DNA of 63,449 nt, the filler included, from Octopus bimaculoides (Eukaryota): assembly GCF_001194135.2 (NCBI RefSeq). It is 6 parts of 5 records of this genome, joined end to end, with 100 filler letters (N's around TTAATTAATTAA, not from the genome) between each part and the next. Parts side by side here need not be neighbours in the genome. Positions count along the whole stretch, not along the records: positions 1 to 24,218 come from NC_068987.1; 5 more parts are not named here. One strand, 5' to 3'. The translations under genes were made by a program, and so were the position numbers. Below are positions 1 through 10,002 of the stretch, in pieces. Numbering within the stretch: position 1 is the first letter of the stretch; each line of letters begins with the position of its first letter. The notes under the pieces were generated by a model. That model saw nothing but the letters and a program-made list of their open reading frames with translations, was not told where the DNA came from and ran no database searches.

Positions 1-720
1 TAATCTTCTGTCTTTGCTCCTTTGTGTCACATGGGATCAACTCTCCTCCCCTTTTCATCTGACTCCCCTCCTCTCCTCTTTTCACCTGACACTTACTTCC
101 TGTCTTCACTCCTACCCACCTCTCCTCTCTTGCTCTGACGCCTGCTTCCTCTTTTCACTCCTACCCACCTTCTCCCTTCATTAACATCCCCCCATCCTCA
201 CCCTTATCCTCACCCCAAACCCACACTTCACCCTCACATTCCCACATCCCAACACCACCACACCACACACCACTACACCACATCACACCACCCCGTACAT
301 ACGAGCACTGACCACTTCCCAGCACCCATACCATCATCCACACACCCACACTTTACAGACGTACACACTTACACAGGCACACATCCACACGTCAAAGTCA
401 TCAGCCCCTATTCACACGCACACATACACTCTCACATATACGCACCTTCGTTTTGGGATCACCAGTACTTTATTATCTCCCCTTCTTCCTAGCTCTCCTG
501 GCTAACTACCTTTGTCCAACCAGTCGCCATGATTGACCGCTAACTCCAAAAGTTTTCTTATTCTCTCTCTGTTTATTTCCTCGTGTTTCTTTCTGTTGGA
601 GGGCGTAGGCTCGAAACGTAAAAGACTTTTTCATCTTCCCGAGCGTCAAACTAATACACCTTTTTGTTGTTTATACAACTGCCTTTGTTTTTTGTTTTTC
701 TGTAAATTTCAACGATATAT
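1..720 (+). mobile_element. 3' end of a Penelope-like element (GIY-YIG C-terminus, low-complexity 3' UTR, hammerhead-bearing terminus)
   Basis: Nt 3-62 translate to IFCLCSFVSHGINSPPLFI*, resembling the LIF.LGTL.P.GIN C-terminal motif of PLE GIY-YIG endonucleases. A CT/CA-rich tract follows, then a hammerhead-like fold at 588-625. The downstream tail recurs at 46600-46690 on the minus strand. Confidence 0.6.
588..625 (+). ncRNA. Minimal type I hammerhead-like motif (variant core)
   Basis: TCTTT / CTGTTGGA / GGGC-GTAG-GCTC / GAAA / CG-T-A / AAAGA. Helix I is TCTTT:AAAGA, helix II is 4 bp, helix III is the palindrome ACGT, and the cleavage triplet is GUA. The core deviates from CUGANGA. Confidence 0.5.
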
Positions 721-739
721 ATATTATCTGTCTTTTCAG

Positions 740-1646
740 AAACTGGGAGAAACACATTGTCAACGATACTGTCATCATTATCATCAGCAACACCACCAAC
801 ACCACCAGTAATAACAACAGCAGCAATAACAGTAGCAGTATCAACAGCAGCAGTAACAGCAACAGCAACAGCAACAACAGCTGCTGCAACAACAACAGCA
901 TCATCGAAACCTGCACTTTCTCACGTTGTAATTTCGACCGTTACCGATGGAGCTTCTCCAATATATTTAACTAGCCAGCCTCCTACAGTAAAAACATTGG
1001 GCCCATCTTTACGTCCAACTGTAAGAAACCAGACAGTATTGTGGAATAGTTCGACTAGATCACAGCACAAAACTACCTCAAACTTTTATTCTGCAACACC
1101 GTTTCCTTCGAAACTTTCTACAACTAATGCAGTTTTAAATGAAACTCCACAATCCAAAAGCATCACTACTGTGGTTTCCCATACAACGAAACTTAAATAT
1201 CCGATTACTTCTTCTACCAATACAATCATATCTAAGGTAACTCATGGTCGTAGCTCTCTTCGATTATTAAACGTTACTAAGACATCGTTTGAGAAGGGGA
1301 GTACATCGGTACAGTCATCACTTTCGACTTCGACTTCGACTTTGGTGTCAACGTCGGCTGCAAGCTTGCGTTCATCTTTGGTTTCACTCGGTACTACCAC
1401 TTCTAAAAAACCAGAAATTCGATCAACACCAGTTTTATCTACAAGCCCAGCTAATACTACAAAAACAGCTGTAACAACTACAGCATGGAACATTTCTACA
1501 GAGCAGTCGATTCTAGATATAAATATCACAGGAGCTACGAGTAAAGAATCACAAAAACTAACAACAGAAGAACAAGTGGCCACTGGAATATGTGTCCCGC
1601 TTTTTGTCCTTAGCATTTTGGGTTTAATATATTTCTTTTACAAACG
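740..1646 (+). CDS. Internal coding exon of a single-pass membrane protein: Ser/Thr-rich mucin-like stalk, TM helix, KR
   Basis: Acceptor tcttttcAG at 738-739 and donor CG|GTAAGT at 1647-1652. The frame is open throughout (907 nt, phase 1 in, phase 2 out). It is very S/T-rich, has seven N-glycosylation sequons (NQT, NSS, NET, NVT, NTT, NIS, NIT), and ends in the hydrophobic VATGICVPLFVLSILGLIYFFY followed by KR. The TAA reported by the ORF track lies inside the splice donor. Confidence 0.85.
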
Positions 1647-2211
1647 GTAAGTTGATCATTTTTAATATAAGTGGAGGTCAGAATTAAGGACACTTGATGA
1701 CTTGCTTTAAACTAAAAATATTTAAAAATATTCCATAAATACATTTTTATATACAGAAATAGAACAAAATAGCAAATTCACGTCCAGGTCAGCAGCAATG
1801 TGTTATGAAAATAATATACACATCACCGTTTTGATTATTGCTGTTTTCTGTGCGAAAAATAATTTAGTATCAGCTTGGCAAACCTTGGCACGCATCAGCA
1901 AATAGTTTGCTGAATTTTATAAATAAGAATGATCATTCTTATTTCAGTTTCAGAGTTCTGGGTGGTGTGTCTAGCTGAGGAGACACAATCATGCCGAAAC
2001 ACCTGCGACTCAGAATCTAGTTTGTCACTGAAGCGTGTGAGTTGTCAATACACACATCATCAAAAGAAAGATGTTCTCCGAAGATAAAATCCAACAGCAA
2101 ATAGAACATTTACATCCAAGTGTGCCGGAACATGTTAAGAATGAATATACTCATCAGTTTTGGTTCACTCTGTTTTTGCTTGCTCATAATAACTTAATAT
2201 AGGAATATAAT

Positions 2212-2425
2212 AAGGTGGCGAGTTGGTTGAATCATTAACACCCCAGGCCAAATGCTTAGCGGCATTTCGTCTTTTTTTACATTCTGAGTTCAAATTCCGC
2301 CGCGGTCGACTTCACCTTTCATCCTTTCGGGGTCGATAAAATAGGTGCCAGTTGATCACTGGATACGATGCAATCGACTTACCCCCGAGCCTGATTTTAC
2401 TGGCCTTGTGCCAACATTTGAAACC
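2212..2425 (+). mobile_element. tRNA-derived SINE, family B (central TTTCATCCTTTCGGGGTCGATAAA core)
   Basis: A-box-like (tggcgagttgg) and B-box-like (gttcaaattcc) head. Flanked by the 16-bp direct repeat AATATAGGAATATAAT at 2196-2211 and 2426-2441 (TSD). Many other copies occur in the window. Confidence 0.85.
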
Positions 2426-2640
2426 AATATAGGAATATAATTAGGGAAAATATCCTGATTCGCACACATCTTTAATGATTTTGAGAATCGTATAACTGAA
2501 AAGTATATTTAACACTGGTGTGAACCCGCGTAAAATCCATTAGATAAATATACTTTTATACTTCATTTCTTGCAGTAAGTTGTATGAAAAGAAATTTATT
2601 GAATAAATTACCTGCCCTTCAATTTATAAATAATCCTTTC

Positions 2641-2830
2641 TACTATAGGTACAAGGCCTGAAATTTACGGTGTGGGGCGGGGTGTAAGTCGATCACATCA
2701 ACTCTAATACTTGAGCGGTACTTAAATTATGCCCCCCCCCCCCAAAGGATGAAAGGCAAAGTCGACCTCGGCGGAATTTGAACTCAGAATGTTAAGACGG
2801 GCGAAATACCGCTAAGCATTTTGCTCGGCG
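2641..2830 (-). mobile_element. SINE family B copy
   Basis: Reverse-complement similarity to 2212-2425 (aaaggatgaaaggcaaagtcgacctcggcggaatttgaactcagaa). Confidence 0.8.
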
Positions 2831-2920
2831 ACTTCGATTTTTTTAAAATTAAATAATAAAATAGAAGTAGAAATATAATGTAACTATATACAATTTATTT
2901 AGTATTGAATTAAGTGGCCT

Positions 2921-3410
2921 GATCTTTTCTTTTTGGCCGGTACATAGAAAAAATAATTTTTTGTAACACTTTCAAATTTCGTATACNNNNNNNNNNNNNN
3001 NNNNNNNNNNNNNNNNNNNNNNNNNNNNNNNNNNNNNNNNNNNNNNNNNNNNNNNNNNNNNNNNNNNNNNNNNNNNNNNNNNNNNNNNNNNNNNNNNNNN
3101 NNNNNNNNNNNNNNNNNNNNNNNNNNNNNNNNNNNNNNNNNNNNNNNNNNNNNNNNNNNNNNTGAGGTGAAAACAATTACTGCTGTGGTTTGTCAACAAG
3201 ACGTTCTGGCGGTGTATAACTAGTTTGTCACTGTTATTTCTGATATATTTACATTTGAGATACACGTGTGTATAGTTTAATCAATTCAGTTATTAGCTAT
3301 TTTAGCGTTTTCGAAATTGCCTATTTTGTTTGCTGAATTATTTTCGTTTGCTTCGTGTTTAGTTACAAAAAATTAATTTCTCGATGTGCCGTTCAAAGGG
3401 AAAAGATCCC
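2921..3410. mobile_element. Non-autonomous TIR (MITE-like) element with GATCTTTTC / GAAAAGATCC ends
   Basis: Left end tgatcttttc...ttttttgtaacactttcaaatttcgtatac and right end gtgtttagttacaaaaa...gccgttcaaagggaaaagatccc are imperfect inverted termini. A gap lies inside. Related arms occur at 3640-3945 and 20880-21330. Confidence 0.5.
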
Positions 3411-3454
3411 ATTTTGCACCCCTCCCCCTCCAATTTCTTCATTTTTCACATTTT

Positions 3455-3635
3455 TCCGTAACTCTAACCCTAAAATCCCAACCCGAACCCTAACCCTAAA
3501 ACCCCAACCCCAACCCTAAAACCCTAACCCAAACCTAACCCTAACTCTAAAACCCTATCTCTAACCCTAAAACACAAACCCTAACCCTAACACCTGAACC
3601 CTGACTCTAAAACCTGAACCCTAACTCTAAAACCC
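3455..3635 (+). repeat. Degenerate interstitial telomere-like (CCCTAA/CCCTAAAA)n array
   Basis: About 180 bp of ccctaa, accctaaa and ctctaa variants, lying between two MITE-like arms. Confidence 0.8.
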
Positions 3636-3639
3636 TAAA

Positions 3640-3945
3640 GCTAAAACCAGTGCAAACGCACAAACGATGTCATAACAGTGATAAACGAAATATACAACGC
3701 CGATAGTTGTTGTTGACAAAAAAGGGCAGTAGTTTTATTCAGCTGAATACACGTCATTGATTGGATGAAATTACCGAAATACAACTTTAACACGAAATAA
3801 CTTCGAAAATAAAGAACTTTCTTTAAAATGTCAAGAGTAAATGATGTTTTAAACGACACATTCTACCAGTATACGAAATTTGAAAGTGTTTAGTTACAAA
3901 AAAAATTTTTTTATATGTTCCGGCCAAAAGGAAAAAATCCAAGTG
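3640..3945 (-). mobile_element. Arm of the same MITE-like family as 2921-3410
   Basis: 3869-3945 (gtatacgaaatttgaaagtgtt...ccggccaaaaggaaaaaatcc) is an inverted copy of 2915-2986. The interior matches 20880-21080. Confidence 0.5.
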
Positions 3946-4262
3946 GCCTATTTCTATGAATTAGAGGCAGAAATATTTCCACGAATTTCATATAAGTGCC
4001 TTTTGTGTACGTTTTCAGGGAAGCGGACAAAGAGAAACGAAAACACACTGCTGATTATATTAGCACAATATGTGATACACCGCTCGTATCAGAACGGGAT
4101 CCTCTCGTCTGATGAAGGTGGCTGTATGTGTTACAGTGTATAGCGAAAATATGTTATGTACTTTTGTCTTTTGATAATCCTTCAGAGAAAGTATCCTAGG
4201 TGTCAAATGAAATATTAGCTATTTTATCTGTGTTCGATAATTTCCGGGAAACATTTTCAATC

Positions 4263-4301
<39 letters not shown>

Positions 4302-4309
4302 TCCTTCCT

Positions 4310-4344
<35 letters not shown>

Positions 4345-7300
4345 ATGTGCTGGTGTCATTGCTGCTTCTTCGTCTTCGACAACACAGCCTACCTCAACAG
4401 GCGAAGATGCCACATTAAAAACTATTGAACGCTTAACACGCCAAGTCGCCAACCTGTATCGCGCACGTGCGACATTTCGGCATCGCTCGCAAAGTTGGTC
4501 TTTTCGTCGTCGTTCCAGCCCCGTCGCCACCTCACCTACCGTGTGTTGGTACCACTCAAGATTCAAGGGGAACACACGTCGGTGTGTTAAGCCCTGTTCA
4601 TTTGGGGCATCTGTAAACTAAATTTAGAGAGTCTGGGTACACCAGATCTCTCCCACATTTAGCCTTGTGCATTTTTCATCAGAGATCTCGTTTCGAACAA
4701 GTCCTTTATGGCGGACACAGGATCGAGTTGAAGTATTTGGCCCTTAAGGTTCATCTCACCTAAGCCGAATCCTTCCAGCATTTCTTTATATGCGGTGAAT
4801 CAGTCTCCCATCAAGACCTATCGTCAGATATTTTTATCATTGGACGTACCCTTACTCGGCTCTTGGATTTTTACCATTGCCGACCTTCCTCATCCGATCC
4901 TAGGAGCCGACTTCCTGCACCATTATTCTCTTCTTGATGGTACCACCTCCCTCTCTGTCTCCGGGAAGAATTCTGCTGTTCTTACAGTGAGCCCTTCTTT
5001 CCTTGTGGCTGCTTCTGGGGACACTTACCTCTAGTTACTCACTTCGTTTCCAGAGTTGACCAACTTGAACTTCCATCCAATGGATCCAGTGCACTCTACG
5101 AAGCATTTTATAACGAGCAAAGGATCTTCAGTGTTTTCTAGGCCTCATCGTTTGTCTCTTGAGAAACTCCGGACCGCCCGGGCTGAATTCGAGCACATGC
5201 TCCAGCTAGGTCTTATTCGTCTCTCCACGAGCCCGTGGGAAGCACCTTTACACATGGCCAGGAAGTAGCTGACTTTCGTCCAGTGGGAGATTTTAGACGC
5301 CTTAATACTGTCGCTATTCCAGACCGTTAACCGCTACCCTGTTTTTCTTCTGTGCTGCTTGGCTGTAAAGTTTTTTTCTAAAATCGACCTGGTACGCGCG
5401 TACCATCAGATTCTTGTCAACCCCGAGGACATTCCAAAGACAGCCGTTACTACCCCCTTTGGAACGTTTGAGTTCGTGTCTATGCCTTTTGGTCTTCGAA
5501 ATGCGACCAGAGGTTCGTTGATGAGGTTGTTAGTGGGTTGGACTTTGACTCTGCATATGTCGACGACCTCTTAATCGCCAGTAGTACTCCGGACCAGCAC
5601 TTCCAGCACTTTCGAGCGTCTGCGTTCCTATGATGTGAAGATCAACCCGTCCAAGTGTATATTTGGTTCTACCAGACCGGAATTCTTGGGGCATCTTATT
5701 GATGCTGTCAGCATTCGTCTGCTCCCTCTAAAGTGGAAGCCATCAAACGGTAGTCTTCTCCTTTGTCTTTGAAGCAGCTTTGTCATTTTCTCAGACTGAT
5801 CAACTTCTATCGTCGCTTCATCCCTAACTGTGCAGAGAAGTTGCTTCCTTTGACCCAGCTTTTGAAGGATCAAAGAAGAAAGATGCACCCATTTCACTGT
5901 CTCTTGCCGCTACGCAAGCTTTTGAAAACATTAAGGCCGATCTTGCTCAAATTTCTTTTCTTGCACATCCTGTCTCTGATGCCAGACTGTCTTTAACGGT
6001 TGACGCTTCCACCCTAGCTGTAGCAGCGGTTTTACTGCAATCCTTCAACGGTCAGACTCAACCACTGGCTTTCTTTTCTCGCCAGTTAAAATCTTCTGAA
6101 TTACGGTACAGTGTGTTCGGAAAGAAACTCTTAGCGATTTATCTCGCGGTGAAGTACTTCTCCCACCTCCTCGAAGGTAGAGATTTCGCGGTTTTCACCG
6201 ATCATAAACCGCTAACGTTCACTCTGTTTACCAAAGCTGATCGATACTCGCCGAGAGAAACAAGGCACCTGGATTTCATATCCCAGTTCACTAGTGACAT
6301 TTGCCAAATCGCCGGCATTGACAACATACCCGCAGACGCCCTGTCTCGCCTTCCTGTCATCTCCTGCCTCGATAGATTTGGTCGCCATGGCTACCGACCA
6401 AGCTTTCTTGGACTCTCTTGACGTCACATCACCACAGATTTCCTGCAGCAAATTGGAGCACCTGCCTCTTCCATGTTCCGAAGGAACCATACTCTGCGAT
6501 GTTTCTACCGGGTTACCCCGACCCTCGTACCTGAGCATCACCGCCATCCTGTTTTTTGACGCTCTGCATTCGCTGTCACATCCAGGCATTGCGGCCACAG
6601 TAGAGCTGATCTTGGCTCGATTTTTCTGGCCGAATATGCGTCGGATTATTACTGCTTGGTGACGCACCTGTCTACAGTGTCAACGTTCCAAGGTGCATCG
6701 TCACGTTCGAGCACCTCTTGGACATTTCAATCCAGTGGACACCAGGTTCCGACACATTCACATCGACCTGGTTGGTCTTGGCCCGTCAGTTGTGGGTTCA
6801 CGTATATCCTAACCTGCATTGACAGATTCTCTAGATGGCCTGAAGCCATTCCACTGGTGAGTATTTCTGCAGAATCAGTTGCTAGAACCCTCATTTCGGG
6901 TTGGATCGCTCGCTTTAGAGTATCCTCCAGGATTACAGCCGATCGTGGACGCGTTTGAAGCTTGCCTGTTCTGCAAACTATCGAGATTGCTCGAAGTTCA
7001 GCATATTCACACGACGAGTTACCACCCAGCTATAAACAGCTTAAAGCCGCAATTCGTGCTACTCCCGACCCTCGACGCTGGTCTGAATTTCTTCCCCTTG
7101 TCCTGCTGGATTGCCGATCAGCTGTAAAGGAGGATCTAGGCTACTCCTCTGCTGAACTTTTGTATGACACCACTTTGGCGCTACCTGGCCAAATGTTGGC
7201 GCCTGTCGACATAACAAATGTGGATCTTGCATCATACATTACAGGATTCAGGTCATTCTTCGCTGACTTACCACCAATGCTTTCACACGACCAGTCTGTG

Positions 7301-7500
7301 TCTTCTGCAGTCCCTCTGGACATTTCCACATGGACTCATGTATTCATACGGAATGATTCCGTCAAAGGACCACTCACACCGCCTAACTCAGCTCCCTGCC
7401 GGGTTCTTAAGAGCACGCCTAAACTATTTACCGTGGACATTAACGGTAAAAAAAAAAAGAGACTATCTATTGACAGAGTGAACAAGCTTTTTCTGAAGCA
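4345..7500 (+). mobile_element. Decayed Ty3/Gypsy LTR retrotransposon internal region, CsRn1-like (gag end, PR, RT, RNase H, IN)
   Basis: Gag CHCC motif CWYHSRFKGNTRRCVKPC at 4544-4597 (C-X2-H-X9-C-X3-C). Protease ADTGS near 4710. RT motifs KIDLVRAYHQI, KTAVTTPFG.FEF..MPFGLRNA and YVDD. RNase H TVDAS and FTDHKPL. Integrase HPGIAAT, CLQCQ and [14 protein letters not shown]. Many frameshifts and stops. Confidence 0.9.
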
Positions 7501-8171
7501 CTTATACTACTCGCAGACACACCTATCATACCACAGATGCCTCAATAGCTCGCCGCTAGACAGAGTAGCGTGTAACTTTGGAATTCTGGGACTTGTCTCT
7601 TTCTTTTTTTCACTGCGGCTCACAGCGAGCAAGACGTGACTTCCTCAGTTCTTAATCTCACCTTAGAGAGATGCACAACCATGAGACAAGCAACGGCAAG
7701 TAGACATTAAATCACTATGATTTGGATTCCACAGAATATGAACATGGTCTTCACTTGTAAATATTTTGTATAACTTATTCTACTTGTACATATCTGAGAC
7801 CTCAAGTAAAAGGCATAAAAGCTACAACTTGGTTCTGAGATGTTCAATACACGGTGTTCTTTCTTCACGAAGTGATATCTTCTTTTCCAGCCTTCTGAAC
7901 GGAGCCGTTATTTAGATGGTTCTGCCACGCTAGGCCACAACACATCTAAAACCTTGTATGAAAATGTGATTAGCACTTTCTGGGTGCTTAACAATTCCAT
8001 GGAAGTAAAAAGGTTAAATGAGTATAAGTGCCAGAAGGAAAAGAGAGACACAAGGTTTAAGAGAAGATTTTATTTATATGTTAACATGTGTGTCTGTGTG
8101 CGACATATAAACATAATAATAGACAGGCCGTCATGTATACAAAGTGTATGTGTAAAACATATATGTATGCG

Positions 8172-8874
8172 TGTGCGATAAGTACAGAGCATAGAGAGTC
8201 TTTAATGACGTTAGAAGAACGTTCAGACACAGGGATGATAAATACCAGTTCGTAGTCAAGGTACACAGTAGTTGAGGTGCTGTATCAAGAAGTTGAGGCG
8301 GCAATGCAGAGCCGGGGAGAGGTACTGTTGCATAAGAAATTGTGGCTACAATGCTGCTGCCGGTCTCTTGTTACAGGAGGTTGTCGCGGGTTGTATTTGC
8401 TGTTAACCATGGTGAAGTAATTTACAAACAGTGTGGAGATAGAACCTATGCGAGTACTGCTGATTACTGTGCTGATGTCGTTAAGAAGATGATGGTGACG
8501 ACGAAGATGGAGTTTGCCGTATGCTGCTGGACGAAGTGTTCTCCGTGTGGTTGCTGTTGTGTCGTCGCTGGAACTGGCTGTGTACTCTGTGGTCAGTGAC
8601 TAGACCTCAGAAGGTCTGGAGCCACAAAACGTTCTAGACAGCGTAAAGCTAGCATTTTATATCGTGGTGTCGGCTCACCGGACGTTTAGAAAAGACTGTC
8701 TCACATGACCTTATCTGAAGGCTGCGATTGGTTGGGTTGCATCTTGGCGCGCAATAGAACAAGAGACAAACTGCGCCAATACCAACCAATCAGAGTGGTG
8801 GACACAACAGGGTCCAAAGGTGCGGCCGAAGGCTAGCTGTTATCTACCACGTCCGTATTCATGTATATATAACA
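8172..8874 (-). mobile_element. Probable solo LTR (boundaries uncertain)
   Basis: The minus strand starts TGTTATATAT, carries paired CCAAT boxes, a TATAAAA box (plus 8655-8661) and an ATTAAA near the 3' end, and ends ...GCACA. No TSD was found. Confidence 0.4.
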
Positions 8875-10002
8875 GAGAGATAGAGAGAAGTTTCCACCTT
8901 CGAATTCTCTCCATTCAACACTTTGTCAAGCGACGTGTACGAGAATAAGAGACCAAAGCAAACAGATGCAAAAGAAGAAGAAAATCGAAACCTAATATCA
9001 GTTGCTCAATGCAGAAGTTTGGAATGATTTACAAGACACTAAAGGCCCGCAAAGTACCCACTCATTCGTTACCAACACAAGAACTAAATCCACGACCAAA
9101 ATTGGAGAAAACCACAGCAAAAATAAGTAAAGAAACAACATAAACATCAACGGCTAAATCCGCAACTACACTGATAAAAAGAAATAACAGCAGGGAAACA
9201 TACAATTATAGCGAAAAATAACAAATCAGGAGCAGCAGGAGCGGTCAAATGTATAAAAATTACTCCACAAATTTACTGATTGTAAATAGAAAGACTAAAG
9301 GAAGAAGTACTTAGGAGTTAGGCCTGTCATGAGCCCCGAGACTCATAAGGCCAGAGTATAATCTGGTTTCCATGGCGTAAAAGTAACTGAGATTACAAGA
9401 CCAAACTCGGAGTGGAACACTAGTTCGTCGCAGGATCAACTTCACAGTTATTGCTGGAACTCATTTTGGATCTTTGTGGTTTTCGTCACTGTTTATAATA
9501 ATCTTTAAAAAAATTTTTTAATGTATCATATAGATGTAATTTTTGACGCTAAATCGGAATTTTTTATTCATCTGTTCCAGAAAAATTTTGCAAGAATGTT
9601 ACAGGTGTTCAAAGTTTGATAATTATCGGCATATTCAGCCAATCAGAAAACAGTGCCGCTTCCATCATCGGGGTGGGTGACATCGGCATGTCAAAACATT
9701 AAACTAGCTACAGTAAGCAGTGAAAAACATGAAAACATTCGCGAGCAAATTAAATATTTAAAAGCTGCGAACAAACAAACAGGAGTTGTTAGAAATAGCA
9801 GTCAAAACATTCTTTAAAACAGACGTTTAGTAATTTAAAAAATTCAAGAACGAAAGTTTGTAATACACTCTAGGATTTTATTAAATAAATTTTCTTTCTC
9901 GTATCTCCTTCACCACATAAATTCACAAAGATAAGAGTCAACCATGCCCAGGTACTTTCAATTTGTTGAGCGTGAGTCCCATCTGTTATATAAAAAAAAA
10001 AT

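Noticed and set aside
757-1650. ORF-track call of a complete 297-aa single-exon protein
   Set aside because: The start is TTG, there is no signal peptide, and the stop falls inside a perfect GTAAGT donor. It is reinterpreted as an internal exon, 740-1646.
1965-2020. CTGAGGA...GAAAC hammerhead-like spacing
   Set aside because: Helix II has a mismatch, and no valid helix I/III with a UH site could be built (type III folding gives G at position 17).
4105-4155. CTGATGA...GCTGTA/TATAGC...GAAA
   Set aside because: Five extra nucleotides lie between the core and helix II, and there is no helix III or cleavage triplet.
7860-8030. RYLDGSATLGHNTSKTLYENV, faintly like a hAT-type transposase segment
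   Set aside because: It is too short and unsupported without a homology search.
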